This document shows, piece after piece, positions 20,860 to 32,000 of a DNA stretch of 32,000 nucleotides. Source of the stretch: Blochmannia endosymbiont of Camponotus modoc (GTDB taxonomy: Bacteria > Pseudomonadota > Gammaproteobacteria > Enterobacterales > Enterobacteriaceae). The first letter of the stretch is position 1. Every line of letters starts with the position of its first letter. Both the position numbers and the translations under genes were made by a program. The notes under the pieces are model-generated. The model had not been told where the DNA came from. It did no database searches and worked only from the letters and a program-made list of their open reading frames with translations. The stretch is from assembly GCF_023585785.1 (NCBI RefSeq), contig NZ_CP097765.1, forward strand, positions 570,001 through 602,000, read 5' to 3'.

Positions 20860-21705
20860 ATGCCTAAATATATACAAAAAAATGTAACCTTAATTCCTCC
20901 AGGGAACTTAGAAGCTTATATAAGAGTAGCCAATGCTTATGCTATGTTAACAGCAGAAGAAGAAAAAAGGTTAGCTAAACGCTTATACTATAATGGTGAT
21001 TTAGATGCTGCAAAAAAACTCATTGTATCACATTTAAGATTTGTTGTTCATGTTTCTCGTAATTATTCTGGTTATGGATTACCTCAGGCCGATTTAATAC
21101 AAGAAGGTAATATTGGTTTAATGAAGGCTGTTCGTCGATTTAATCCAGAATTAGATGTTCGTTTAGTATCATTTGCTGTACACTGGATTAAATCCGAAAT
21201 TCATGAATATGTTTTAAAAAATTGGCGCATTGTAAAAATAGCTACTACTAAAGCACAGCGTAAATTATTTTTTAATCTACGTAAAACTAAACAACGTTTA
21301 GGTTGGTTTAATGCGGGAGAAATAGAAATAGTCGCAAAGGCGCTAAATGTGACTAGCAAAGATGTGCGCGAAATGGAATCCAGAATGTCAGCACAAGATA
21401 TGACTTTTGAACAATCTTCAGATGAAGATAACCGAGGAATATCAATAGCACCTATTTTATATTTACAAGACAAAATTGTTTCCTCTAATGAAGAAGAATG
21501 GATCGATCAAGTTAGTGATAAATTAAATGCAGCTATAAAGACTTTAGACAAACGCAGTCAACATATTATTCGTGCCCGATGGTTAAATGTAGATAATAAA
21601 AGTACGTTACAAGAATTAGCCAATCAATACGGTGTGTCTGCTGAACGAGTACGTCAATTAGAAAAAAATGCTATGAAAAAAATGAAACTAATTATACAAA
21701 ATTAA
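20860..21705 (+). CDS. rpoH: RNA polymerase sigma-32 (heat-shock sigma factor)
   Basis: [39 protein letters not shown] is present. So are the RpoH box [18 protein letters not shown] and the C-terminal [23 protein letters not shown] Shine-Dalgarno sequence is present. Confidence 0.97.
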   Translation: MPKYIQKNVTLIPPGNLEAYIRVANAYAMLTAEEEKRLAKRLYYNGDLDAAKKLIVSHLRFVVHVSRNYSGYGLPQADLIQEGNIGLMKAVRRFNPELDVRLVSFAVHWIKSEIHEYVLKNWRIVKIATTKAQRKLFFNLRKTKQRLGWFNAGEIEIVAKALNVTSKDVREMESRMSAQDMTFEQSSDEDNRGISIAPILYLQDKIVSSNEEEWIDQVSDKLNAAIKTLDKRSQHIIRARWLNVDNKSTLQELANQYGVSAERVRQLEKNAMKKMKLIIQN

Positions 21706-22005
21706 TTAAAATTTTTTAAATTTTATTGGTGAAACCAAATAATATAAAAATTATTAAAATGTATATATAAATTATTAATTATTAACCGTTTGATTGTAGT
21801 ATATATATTTGATATAATTCACGTTTATTAATAATTTTTGATGTCACATATTTTTAATTTAAAAAAAGTTATATAGCTATAGAATTAGTTGTAAAGTTAT
21901 TTTGCAATAACCAGATTGACTATTGGGCCATAATACTTTTTTAAATTTTTTACTATAAATTTTTATGAGTACTTCATCTAATCAAAATAGCTCATGGAGT
22001 AAATT

Positions 22006-24300
22006 ATGACAATTGTCAGTCATATATTAGGATTTCCTCGTATTGGATTACATAGAGAACTAAAGTATGCTTTAGAATATTATTGGGATGGAAAAATTAC
22101 AGAAGATAAATTATTAGAAATAGGCCGTACATTACGCATACGGCATTGGAAACAACAGAAAGATTGCGGTATCGACTGGACCCCAGTAGGTGATTTCGCA
22201 TGGTATGATCATGTTTTAACTACCAGCTTGATGCTAAATAATATTCCAGATAGGCATCGTATTGGTCAAGAAAATATTAATTTAAATACATTGTTTAGAA
22301 TAAGTCGAGGGTATTCTTTAAACAAAAAAATGATACCACCTTCAGAAATGAAAAAATGGTTTAATACAAATTATCACTATATAGTACCCGAATTTGTTCC
22401 CAATCAGGAATTTAAGTTAAATTGGACTCAATTATTTGATGAAATAGATGAAGCTTTGTCTCTAAAATATACAGTAAAACCAATACTACTTGGTCCAATT
22501 AGTTATCTGTGGTTAGGAAAAGTAAAAGGAAAAGAATTTGATCGTTTGTCATTATTGCCTCATTTATTATCAATATATCAAGAAATATTAGATATTTTAT
22601 TATCAAAAAATATTGATTGGATACAAATTGATGAGCCCATACTAGTTTTGGAGCTACCGTTACAATGGCTAAATGCATATTTAAGCGCGTATGAACAACT
22701 TCATGGTAAAGTTAAATTACTATTAACCACTTACTTCGACAGCATATATCATCAATTGGATATTATTACACAATTAAAAATAGATGGTCTACATGTGGAT
22801 CTGGTTTCCAATCCTGATAATATACCTTTACTGCATTCCCGATTACCAAAACATTGGATATTATCAGCAGGAGTAATCAACGGACGTAATGTATGGAAAA
22901 CTAATTTACATGATTGGTTTAAAAAACTATATCCCTTAGTAGACGAGCGCAGATTATGGATAGGTTCTTCTTGTTCCTTATTACATAGTCCTATTGATCT
23001 AAATACGGAGATAAAATTAGATAAACACATTAAAGAATGGTTTGCTTTTGCGCTGCAAAAATGTTACGAAATAAAAATGTTATGCGATGCGTTGAATGCT
23101 AAAAACACAAGTGACACGACATATGAAGATACACTTAGTGAATATTATGTTTCTAATAACTTACGATCGTATTCTAGTACAATTCATAATATACAAGTTA
23201 AAAAACGTCTCGAACACATCAATGAGATTTCTTATTCTAGATCTTCTCCGTACACAACACGAGTTACATTACAGCATAAGAAGCTGAATTTACCATTATT
23301 TCCAACAACTACTATCGGTTCATTTCCTCAAACTGAAGAAATTCGTAAACTTCGTTCGCGCTTCAAAAATAACCAAATCAACAAAGAAGATTATCATCTT
23401 AGTATTAAGAATTACATTAAAAAAATTATTATGGAACAAGAAAAATTAGATCTAGATATTCTAGTGCATGGAGAACCAGAACGAAATGACATGGTAGAAT
23501 ATTTTGGAGAGCATTTAAATGGATTTATATTTACTCAAAATGGGTGGGTACAAAGTTATGGTTCACGTTGTGTAAAACCTCCAGTAATTATTGGGGATAT
23601 TAGTCGTTCAAAACCCATTACTATAGAATGGATAAGTTATGCTCAGTCATTAACTAATAAACCGATAAAAGGTATATTAACTGGACCTGTCACCATAATG
23701 TCTTGGTCGTTCCCACGAGAGGATATACCACGAAAAACAATAGCATTGCAATTAGCATTGTCGATACGCGATGAAGTAATAGACTTGGAAAAATCTGGAA
23801 TTGGAATCATACAAATTGATGAGCCAGCTTTGCGAGAAGGATTACCTTTAAAACGTTCTGATCAAAAACAATATTTAGAATGGGCAATTAATGTCTTTAG
23901 GATCACTGTATCATCAGTGAAAGATGATACTCAGATTCATACTCATATGTGTTATTCTGAATTTAATGATATCATTTATGCTATTCTAGCATTAGATGCG
24001 GATGTCATCAGTATAGAAGCAGCTAGGTCAGATGAAAAAATATTAAAATCTATACGACATGTAATAAAGGATTTAAATGAAATTGGACCAGGAATATACG
24101 ATATTCATTCGCCAAATGAACCAACCCAAAATAATCTTATCAGAAGAATTAATCAATTGTTAAAATATATCCCAAAACGACGTTTATGGATTAATCCTGA
24201 TTGTGGATTAAAAACAAGATCATGGCCTGAAATTAAACATTCATTGAATAATATGGTATCTGCAGCTAAATTATTGCGTAAACAATTTTATTCATCGTGA
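22006..24300 (+). CDS. metE: cobalamin-independent methionine synthase
   Basis: MTIVSHILGFPRIGLHRELK matches E. coli [20 protein letters not shown]. Other conserved blocks are KWFNTNYHYIVPEF, HMCYSEFNDII and NPDCGLKTR. A GGAG Shine-Dalgarno sequence is present. Confidence 0.97.
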   Translation: MTIVSHILGFPRIGLHRELKYALEYYWDGKITEDKLLEIGRTLRIRHWKQQKDCGIDWTPVGDFAWYDHVLTTSLMLNNIPDRHRIGQENINLNTLFRISRGYSLNKKMIPPSEMKKWFNTNYHYIVPEFVPNQEFKLNWTQLFDEIDEALSLKYTVKPILLGPISYLWLGKVKGKEFDRLSLLPHLLSIYQEILDILLSKNIDWIQIDEPILVLELPLQWLNAYLSAYEQLHGKVKLLLTTYFDSIYHQLDIITQLKIDGLHVDLVSNPDNIPLLHSRLPKHWILSAGVINGRNVWKTNLHDWFKKLYPLVDERRLWIGSSCSLLHSPIDLNTEIKLDKHIKEWFAFALQKCYEIKMLCDALNAKNTSDTTYEDTLSEYYVSNNLRSYSSTIHNIQVKKRLEHINEISYSRSSPYTTRVTLQHKKLNLPLFPTTTIGSFPQTEEIRKLRSRFKNNQINKEDYHLSIKNYIKKIIMEQEKLDLDILVHGEPERNDMVEYFGEHLNGFIFTQNGWVQSYGSRCVKPPVIIGDISRSKPITIEWISYAQSLTNKPIKGILTGPVTIMSWSFPREDIPRKTIALQLALSIRDEVIDLEKSGIGIIQIDEPALREGLPLKRSDQKQYLEWAINVFRITVSSVKDDTQIHTHMCYSEFNDIIYAILALDADVISIEAARSDEKILKSIRHVIKDLNEIGPGIYDIHSPNEPTQNNLIRRINQLLKYIPKRRLWINPDCGLKTRSWPEIKHSLNNMVSAAKLLRKQFYSS

Positions 24301-24533
24301 ATCATGGCTAATAATTTTTGTTAATTAATTGTATAGCAATCAATATCAAAATAGAATTACCAGATTTATTGATAATATCATGGGTTGATTACGAGATTAT
24401 CTATTTAAGGAACGATCATTGAATGAGTTAAAATTGATATTTTTTATTCATAAAAAAAATAAAGAATTTGGAAAAGTTTCCCACTAATTTTAAACATTCT
24501 CAATAACTTTTAAAAACACGCGATAGTTTTATT

Positions 24534-25328
24534 ATGACTATAACTCATGCATTTCATTTAGGTTTAAAGATCGGGGACCTTCAAGGAGCAACTTTAGCTA
24601 TTCTTCCAGGAGATCCTAATAGAGTAAAAAAAATAGCTTCTCTGATGGATGGGGCAGAATACATTTTTAGTAATCGAGAATTTACAACTTGGTCCGCAAA
24701 AATCAATAAAGAGACAGTAATTGTTTGTTCTACAGGTATAGGCGGTCCATCTACTTCTATTGTGGTAGAAGAATTATCTCAATTAGGCATACGTACATTC
24801 TTACGTGTAGGCACTGCAGGAGCTATCCAAAAATATATAAAAACAGGCGATGTGTTGATTATCACTGCTGCTGTTCGTTGTGATGGAGCAAGTCAACACT
24901 TTGCTCCATTAGAATTTCCAGCAGTAGCAGATTTATCATGTACTATAGCTTTAATTCAAGCAGCTAAAAACATTGGTATTAAATCACATTTTGGTGTAAC
25001 CGTATCTTCAGATACATTTTATCCTGGACAAGAAAGACAGGATACATATTCTGGGCGAGTTATTCAAAAGTTGCGCGGCTCCATGGAAGAATGGAAAAAC
25101 CTGGGAGTTATGAGTTACGAAATGGAATCTGCAACACTACTAACTATGTGTTTAACTCAAGGATTACAAGCAGGAGTTGTTACAGGTGTTATTGTAAATC
25201 GCACACAAAAAGAAATTCCAAACGTTACTTTAATACATCATACTGAATATATGGCAATGAAAGTTGCAATAGAAGGCGCTCATATTCTTCTGAATAAAAG
25301 AAACACTTTATATCGTTATGCGGAATAA
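24534..25328 (+). CDS. udp: uridine phosphorylase
   Basis: [64 protein letters not shown] is colinear with E. coli Udp. Confidence 0.95.
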   Translation: MTITHAFHLGLKIGDLQGATLAILPGDPNRVKKIASLMDGAEYIFSNREFTTWSAKINKETVIVCSTGIGGPSTSIVVEELSQLGIRTFLRVGTAGAIQKYIKTGDVLIITAAVRCDGASQHFAPLEFPAVADLSCTIALIQAAKNIGIKSHFGVTVSSDTFYPGQERQDTYSGRVIQKLRGSMEEWKNLGVMSYEMESATLLTMCLTQGLQAGVVTGVIVNRTQKEIPNVTLIHHTEYMAMKVAIEGAHILLNKRNTLYRYAE

Positions 25329-25574
25329 TATTGATCATTATTCTTTAAGTCTTTCTGTTCATTTTAATATATTCAGCCACTAACAAAAAATTTTTGAATA
25401 ACATATTATTATTTTTTAAAATAAAAGAATCTAGAATGGAATTTAGTATGTTGTATTATATAAGTAACATGTTATTCATCAACATGATACACAGCCTACG
25501 TTTATTTGTATTTCTAAAGTATTGATACAATATATATAATGATTAATAATAAGTAATTATTATCAAGATTATTT

Positions 25575-27143
25575 ATGAATATATTTTATGACAGAGAATA
25601 TATGCCAATTACCTTATTTTATTTATATAGCATAATTAGCATATTTGCAGGTTTCTTAATATCTGGAATATTTTTTAAGATTATAAGAAAACGATATATT
25701 ACAAAATATAATCATGCTTATGCATCTCATGAGAATGCTTTATGTGTAATTACACAAAATTTAAAAAATGAATCTGACTTACGTTATAATATTGAACAGA
25801 AATTGCAAAAAAAATCACAAGTGATATATGAACTACATGGTAAATTATCCACTGCCGAAGAGCGTTTAAAATTATTAAATCATTATCATCAAAAATGTGA
25901 AAAACTAAATAATGAATTACATGTACAATTAAATTTAAATCATTCTCAAGAATTAAAAATACAAGAATTAAATATTCGTTTAGAAGAATATAAATTAGCA
26001 ACAGAAGAAAAACAGAAGTTGTTTATCAATAGTGAAAACCGATTAACTATGCAATTTGAAAATTTGGCAAATCGTATTTTTGAGCAAAACGGACGCAAGA
26101 TAGATCAACAAAATCGAATAACTCTTGAGAGAACGTTATATCCATTAAAAGAACAGTTAGAAGGATTTAAAAGTCAAATCCAAAACAATTTCTCAAAAGA
26201 AGAGCAATCGAGACATACCCTGACATATGAAATTCGTAATTTACATCAATTGAATGCAAAAATCACTCAAGAAACTATTAATTTAACACAAGCATTAAAA
26301 GGAAACAATAAAACACAAGGCAGTTGGGGAGAAATAATTTTAACTCGTGCATTAGAAGCTTCTGGTATGCGTGAAGGTCATGAATTTCATGTACAAGTCA
26401 GCATAAAACAAACTGATGGAAATAGATTGCAACCTGATGTAATTATACATTTACCTCATGGTAAAGATGTAATAATTGATTCTAAAGTATCTCTAGTGGC
26501 TTATGAACGTTATTTCAATAGCGATAGCGAAGAAGATCAACGGTTAGCTGTCATTGATCACGTACATTCATTGCGTGCTCATATAAAATCATTAAGCAAA
26601 AAAGATTATCAAAAATTATTTGGATTAAACACATTAGATTATATTTTAATGTTTGTCCCTATTGAATCAGCTTTTATGTTAGCCATTAAAAAAGAAGCAT
26701 CATTATTAACAGATGCTATGCGGTGTAATATTATGTTAATTAGCCCTACAACACTGTTAATAGCTTTGCGCACTATTAATAACTTATGGCGTTATGAATA
26801 TCAAAATTGCCATGCTAAAAAAATTGCTGATAAAGCAGGAAGATTGTATGACAAACTACGGTTGTTTATGGATGACTTAAATAAAATTGGCCTTTATCTA
26901 AATAAAGCAGAAGTTATTTATAATGCAGCAAAGAATAAATTTTCTGAAGGAAAAGGTAATATTATAAGTCAAGCGGAAGGTTTTCGAGCACTTGGAGTGC
27001 AAATAAAACAACCAATTGTTACTAATGTGATTCCACCGAATTCTATATTTTTATGTGATACAAAAAAAAATTCTTCTGATGTATCTAATTTTGAAGATAA
27101 CATCACTGAAAATATATGTCATAAATCTTTATCAAATTCTTGA
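25575..27143 (+). CDS. rmuC: DNA recombination protein RmuC
   Basis: [69 protein letters not shown] and [20 protein letters not shown] match E. coli RmuC. An alternative start exists at the ATG at 25602. Confidence 0.92.
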   Translation: MNIFYDREYMPITLFYLYSIISIFAGFLISGIFFKIIRKRYITKYNHAYASHENALCVITQNLKNESDLRYNIEQKLQKKSQVIYELHGKLSTAEERLKLLNHYHQKCEKLNNELHVQLNLNHSQELKIQELNIRLEEYKLATEEKQKLFINSENRLTMQFENLANRIFEQNGRKIDQQNRITLERTLYPLKEQLEGFKSQIQNNFSKEEQSRHTLTYEIRNLHQLNAKITQETINLTQALKGNNKTQGSWGEIILTRALEASGMREGHEFHVQVSIKQTDGNRLQPDVIIHLPHGKDVIIDSKVSLVAYERYFNSDSEEDQRLAVIDHVHSLRAHIKSLSKKDYQKLFGLNTLDYILMFVPIESAFMLAIKKEASLLTDAMRCNIMLISPTTLLIALRTINNLWRYEYQNCHAKKIADKAGRLYDKLRLFMDDLNKIGLYLNKAEVIYNAAKNKFSEGKGNIISQAEGFRALGVQIKQPIVTNVIPPNSIFLCDTKKNSSDVSNFEDNITENICHKSLSNS

Positions 27144-27244
27144 TTTGGTACATTAAAGTATGTGACTTGATAAAATCATATAGTACTATTTTAGTAAAAT
27201 TAGTATTTTTGATAAATAGAAATTTAATGATAAAGATTACGGTA

Positions 27245-28012
27245 ATGATGAATATGAAGAATAAATCTAAAAAAGAAATGACTCATTTTGGTTTTCAAAA
27301 TGTTTACAAGGATAAGAAAACATCATTAGTGTCTAATATATTCCATTCTGTAGCATCACAATATGATTTAATGAATGATTTAATGTCATTTGGAATACAT
27401 AGAATGTGGAAACAATTTATGATTTATCGCAGCGAAGTATACGTCGGATGCACTGTATTGGATCTAGCCGGAGGTACTGGAGATTTAAGTATTCAATTTT
27501 CCCGGTTAGTAGGTAATACAGGGATCGTAGTACTAGCAGATATCAATGATTCCATGCTACATATAGGACAAAAAAAATTACGCAATTTAGGTATATTAAA
27601 TAATGTAATATATATACAAGCTGATGCTGAAGCTTTACCTTTCTCTGAAAATACTTTTGATTGCGTTGCTGTTTCTTTTGGATTACGCAATTTTACAAAT
27701 AAAGAACAAGCATTATTTTCAATGCATAGAGTATTAAAACCTAGAGGAAAATTATTAATCTTAGATTTCGGGGTGCCTACTTTTAAAGTATTGCATAAGA
27801 TATATGATTTATATTCATTTCATATTTTACCTAAAATAGGTAAATGTATAACTCAAGATATTAATAGTTATCGTTATCTTGTAGAATCTATTCGTATGCA
27901 TCCAGATCAAGAAACTTTAAAAAACATGATAATACGAACAGGATTCAACAATGTTGAATATTTCAATATGACTTTTGGGATTGCTGTATTACATTGCGCT
28001 TATAAATGTTAA
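27245..28012 (+). CDS. ubiE: ubiquinone/menaquinone C-methyltransferase UbiE
   Basis: [69 protein letters not shown] matches E. coli UbiE. The start is uncertain among the ATGs at 27245, 27248 and 27254. 27254 gives the length closest to E. coli. Confidence 0.92.
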   Translation: MMNMKNKSKKEMTHFGFQNVYKDKKTSLVSNIFHSVASQYDLMNDLMSFGIHRMWKQFMIYRSEVYVGCTVLDLAGGTGDLSIQFSRLVGNTGIVVLADINDSMLHIGQKKLRNLGILNNVIYIQADAEALPFSENTFDCVAVSFGLRNFTNKEQALFSMHRVLKPRGKLLILDFGVPTFKVLHKIYDLYSFHILPKIGKCITQDINSYRYLVESIRMHPDQETLKNMIIRTGFNNVEYFNMTFGIAVLHCAYKC

Positions 28013-28596
28013 AAAATATTGATATTCAGTGAGTTATTAAAATCGATAGTATCATTATTTTGTTAACATTGCCAAGAACGTGAATATTTATTAAATCCTG
28101 TAAAGGTATTTTATTTCGAGTGCACAAAACTATGATATCTAACTATTTTATATCTTAGTAAGAAACAATTATTTATTTTTATATTTATAAAAATAAGTTA
28201 GATGAAAATAGAATATACAGTGATACTGTATTATTATGTGAATAAACAACCGATAATACAGTAGATGAATATATCTATTTTAAGATTAGCGAGGATATTT
28301 CATTAACTTAAAATTTAATTAAATAGCGTAAACTCATATCTAGTTTCAACATTATTAGTATTTAATACACTTACAATCAAACTTATATTTTATTAAACGG
28401 ATGAAATTTTATTGAATATTTATAGACTTTTATTAGAAAAGTGCATTTTAATTAAAAATGTTTACATGTAACTATGCTTGATAGTAAGAACACGGTATAA
28501 GTTTAATGAACTAAAAGTAATCTTTATAAAGATACATTATTTAAATATAACACTGAATATTTGCTTAATCATTTTAAATCAATTATAGGAAATCTG

Positions 28597-30237
28597 ATGC
28601 TTGTTGATGAGTTATGTCGACTGTATTCTATAATTAAAACAATCTTAAATTATGGATTAAGTGATTTTGTTCCTACTCATCGATTAATTTTTCCATTAAG
28701 AATAGGTAGTAGATTTCTTTTACGCGTTTTAAATAAGCATTCTCAACTAACTTTAGGGGAACGATTTCGTTTAGCATTACAGGAGTTAGGTCCAATATGG
28801 ATTAAATTTGGGCAAATGCTTTCCACTCGACGCGATATCTTTCCAGATTCTGTTGCAGATCAATTATCAATACTACAAGATCGTGTGGCGCCTTTCGATG
28901 GAATTATTGCTAAAATGTGTATAGAACGAGCTATTGGGAATTCATTAGAAACATGGTTTAAAGATTTTCAAGAAATACCATTGGCATCTGCATCTATTTC
29001 GCAGGTACATTCTGCTAGATTAAAAAAAAACAATAAAGATATAGTAATTAAAATTATTCGGCCCGGTCTTTTACCTATTATTAAAATAGATATATGTTTA
29101 ATGTATAGATTAGCCAAATGGATTTGTAAATTTTTACCAGAAGGACGGAAATTTAAGTTTTCAGAAGTTGTTTCAGAATATGAAAAAACTCTTTTTAATG
29201 AGCTTAATTTGCTAAAAGAAACAGCGAATACTATTCAATTGAGAAGAAATTTCAAAAAAAGTCAAATATTATACATACCCAAAGTATATGTAGATTTTTG
29301 TAGCGAAAACGTTATGGTTATGGAGCGTATCTATGGAATACCAGTATATGATTTAGTTGCGCTCAAAAAACAAAAAATTAATATGAAATTATTAGCAGAA
29401 CGTGGAATAGAAATATTTTTTACTCAAGTATTTCGAGATAGTTTTTTTCACGGAGATATGCATCCTGGTAACATTTTTATTAGCTATAAACACCCAGGAA
29501 ATCCAAAATATATTAGTGTTGATTGCGGCATTGTCGGATCTTTAAATAAAAAAGATAAATACTATTTAGCAGCAAATTTCATAGCATTTTTCAATCATGA
29601 TTATCGTAAAATAGCTGAATTGCATCTTGATTCAGGCTGGATACCCTTTGATACCAACATTGAAGATTTTGAATGCGCTATGAGAACAGTATTTGAACCA
29701 ATTTTTGAACAACCGTTAGAAAAAATTCCTTTCAGTAAAATATTATTGTACTTATTTAATACCGCACGATATTTTAATATGGAAATACAACCCCAATTAA
29801 TTTTATTACAAAAAACTTTATTGTACATCGAAGGAATAGTTAGACAATTATATCCAAATCTAAATATTTGGAAATCTGCTCAACCTTTTTTAGAAGGATG
29901 GATGCGGGACCAATTAAAGTTATCAACAACAATATGTACTTTAAAAGACAAGATACCTCATTGGATAGATAAAATACCAGAATTACCTACTTTGTTATCT
30001 AATGAATTTAAACGTTCTTGTATGCTACAAAGAAAAATAGAAATATTAATAAGAGAATTAAGAACTCAGCGAACTAATCACGGTCAAGCGTTATTTTTAT
30101 TCGGTATTGGCGCAACATTAGTTACCAGCAGTATTTTCTTATACATACAGGATAAATATTTAAAAATTTTTTCTATTTTTTTATTTGTAATTGGAATTTT
30201 TATTTGGACAATAGGTTGGAAACGTATCATACAATAA
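28597..30237 (+). CDS. ubiB: ubiquinone biosynthesis protein kinase-like UbiB
   Basis: From the ATG at 28597, [21 protein letters not shown] aligns to E. coli [21 protein letters not shown]. Other conserved blocks are [35 protein letters not shown] and [12 protein letters not shown]. Confidence 0.94.
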   Translation: MLVDELCRLYSIIKTILNYGLSDFVPTHRLIFPLRIGSRFLLRVLNKHSQLTLGERFRLALQELGPIWIKFGQMLSTRRDIFPDSVADQLSILQDRVAPFDGIIAKMCIERAIGNSLETWFKDFQEIPLASASISQVHSARLKKNNKDIVIKIIRPGLLPIIKIDICLMYRLAKWICKFLPEGRKFKFSEVVSEYEKTLFNELNLLKETANTIQLRRNFKKSQILYIPKVYVDFCSENVMVMERIYGIPVYDLVALKKQKINMKLLAERGIEIFFTQVFRDSFFHGDMHPGNIFISYKHPGNPKYISVDCGIVGSLNKKDKYYLAANFIAFFNHDYRKIAELHLDSGWIPFDTNIEDFECAMRTVFEPIFEQPLEKIPFSKILLYLFNTARYFNMEIQPQLILLQKTLLYIEGIVRQLYPNLNIWKSAQPFLEGWMRDQLKLSTTICTLKDKIPHWIDKIPELPTLLSNEFKRSCMLQRKIEILIRELRTQRTNHGQALFLFGIGATLVTSSIFLYIQDKYLKIFSIFLFVIGIFIWTIGWKRIIQ

Positions 30238-30445
30238 TAATATGTTATTACTGTCCAATTGAATTTTATTTCATAACACAAGTTTATTTGAGCAATTCCA
30301 TGAAACATTTTATATTAAATGAATTCTGAAATATGATAATGTTAATTAATTCAATTATAACTTTAAAACTGTACTTCATGACAATTATACGATATTTTGT
30401 AACATATATTGAATTATAACAACATTTAATGATTATTAACAGGAT

Positions 30446-31909
30446 ATGAAATATAAAGATTTACGTGATTTTATAAAAATCTTAGAACATAGGGGAGACT
30501 TAAAAAGAATTAAATTTCCCATTAATCCTGATTTGGAAATAACAGAAATTGCTGATCGCACTATTAAATCTGGAGGTCCAGCGCTTTTTTTTGAAAATCC
30601 TACAGGATATACAATACCTGTCCTTTGTAATTTATTTGGTACCCCGAATAGAATAGCTTTAGGAATGGGAAAAGAAAACATTTTATCTTTGCGTGATGTT
30701 GGAAAATTACTTGCATTTTTAAGAGAACCGGAATTACCGACAGGAGTGCATGATTTTTTTTCTAAAATACCTCATTTTCGTCATATCTTACATATGCCGA
30801 TTAAGCGTGTCAGTACAGCTCCGTGCCAAGAAAATGTTTGGTGTAATCAAGATGTAGATATCACACATATGCCAATAATGCGTTGCTGGCCTCAAGACGT
30901 ATCTCCTATAATTACTTGGGGTATTACGATAACGCGCGGTCTAAAAAGTAAACGACAAAATCTTGGAATTTATCGTCAACAAGTGCTATCTAAAAATAAA
31001 ATCATTATGAGATGGTTATCTCATCGTGGTGGCGCATTAGATTTTCAAGAATGGCATAAAAATACTTCAGAGAGAAGATTTCCAATTACTGTAGCATTAG
31101 GCGCTGATCCAGCTACTTTAATAGGAGCGGTAGTTCCCATTCCTGATACACTATCCGAATATGCCTTTTCTGGTTTACTAAGAGGTTGTAGAACTGAAGT
31201 AATTAAATGCATTTCATGCGACTTAGACGTTCCAGCTAATTCTGAAATTGTATTGGAAGGATATTTAGAACGAGATGAAACAGCAATAGAAGGACCCTTT
31301 GGAGACCATACAGGATATTACAATACTACCGCTAAATTTCCAGTATGCACTATTACCCATATTACCCAACGGAACAATCCAATTTATCATTCTACGTATA
31401 CTGGTCGTCCACCAGATGAGCCTGCGATTCTTGGAATGGCAATGAATGAAATGTTCATCCCTATCATACAAAAGCAATTCCCAGAAATTACAGATTTTTA
31501 TTTACCTCCTGAAGGTTGCTCATATAGATTGGCTGTTGTAACTATAAAAAAACAATATATTGGACACGCTAAACGTATAATTTTTGGAATATGGTCTTTT
31601 TTGAAACAATTTATGTATACTAAATTTATTATCGTATGTGACGACGATATTAATGCTCGGGATTGGAATGATGTAGTATGGGCGATAACTACACGCCTGG
31701 ACCCTGATCGAGATATCATAATCGTAAAAAATACCCCAATTGATTATCTTGATTTCTCTAGCCCTATTTCTGGTTTAGGCTCTAAAATAGGTATGGATGC
31801 AACAAACAAATGGCCCGGGGAAACTGAAAGAGAATGGGGTATTCCAATTAAAATGCACGACACAGTACGACATTATATTGATAGTATTTGGGAAAAACTA
31901 GACATATAG
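30446..31909 (+). CDS. ubiD: 4-hydroxy-3-polyprenylbenzoate decarboxylase UbiD
   Basis: The N-terminus is [22 protein letters not shown]. Other conserved blocks are [33 protein letters not shown] and [14 protein letters not shown]. The protein is colinear with E. coli UbiD. Confidence 0.96.
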   Translation: MKYKDLRDFIKILEHRGDLKRIKFPINPDLEITEIADRTIKSGGPALFFENPTGYTIPVLCNLFGTPNRIALGMGKENILSLRDVGKLLAFLREPELPTGVHDFFSKIPHFRHILHMPIKRVSTAPCQENVWCNQDVDITHMPIMRCWPQDVSPIITWGITITRGLKSKRQNLGIYRQQVLSKNKIIMRWLSHRGGALDFQEWHKNTSERRFPITVALGADPATLIGAVVPIPDTLSEYAFSGLLRGCRTEVIKCISCDLDVPANSEIVLEGYLERDETAIEGPFGDHTGYYNTTAKFPVCTITHITQRNNPIYHSTYTGRPPDEPAILGMAMNEMFIPIIQKQFPEITDFYLPPEGCSYRLAVVTIKKQYIGHAKRIIFGIWSFLKQFMYTKFIIVCDDDINARDWNDVVWAITTRLDPDRDIIIVKNTPIDYLDFSSPISGLGSKIGMDATNKWPGETEREWGIPIKMHDTVRHYIDSIWEKLDI

Positions 31910-32000
31910 ACATAATATTTTACAATAAAAAAAATAATACAATTAAGTAAGATACACAAAATTAAACACATAGTAATATGATGGATTTTTTACAATAAAA

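Noticed and set aside
27140-27244. A 35-codon N-terminal extension of ubiE overlapping the rmuC stop.
   Set aside because: The extension has no counterpart in E. coli UbiE. The cluster of ATGs at 27245-27254 gives the expected length of about 251 aa.
28561-28596. A TTG start for ubiB at 28561.
   Set aside because: The ATG at 28597 aligns with the E. coli UbiB N-terminus. The 12 extra residues are not conserved.

Overview
This is a strongly AT-biased window from a reduced Enterobacterales-type genome. The GC content, judged by eye rather than computed, is in the high 20s percent. The predicted proteins align almost residue-for-residue with E. coli orthologues as I recall them. The gene content and order look like an insect endosymbiont of the Blochmannia type, but the species cannot be proven from this sequence alone.

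Content: 23 intact housekeeping CDS, 1 partial CDS and 1 tRNA.
- Plus strand, left end: yidD (3' fragment), yidC, mnmE.
- Minus strand: glmU, the complete atpBEFHAGDC operon, and mnmG (gidA).
- A 623-bp non-coding spacer follows, then tRNA-Ile(GAU).
- Plus strand, right side: metA, pgi, ftsY, rpoH, metE, udp, rmuC, ubiE, ubiB, ubiD. rsmD is the only minus-strand gene here.

I saw no mobile elements, CRISPR arrays, phage genes, toxin or defence genes, or frameshifted pseudogenes. This is ordinary core-genome territory, not an accessory island.

The non-ordinary signals are all non-coding or architectural:
1. A ~130-bp GC-rich island (locally 66% GC), dense in palindromes, sits exactly where the + strand flips from C>G to G>C in the mnmG-proximal spacer, the presumed replication origin. 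It is preceded on the minus strand by a TTGAAT-17-TATAAT promoter-like pair and followed by a small hairpin plus U-tract. No consensus DnaA boxes are visible.
2. The yidD reading frame runs into yidC with no stop codon.
3. There are several statistically unusual perfect palindromes or inverted repeats in the spacers.
4. Gene-sized AT-rich spacers occupy the positions where E. coli synteny places atpI/rsmG, ftsEX, ubiJ and tatABCD/rfaH.

All functional interpretations of these non-coding elements are hypotheses.
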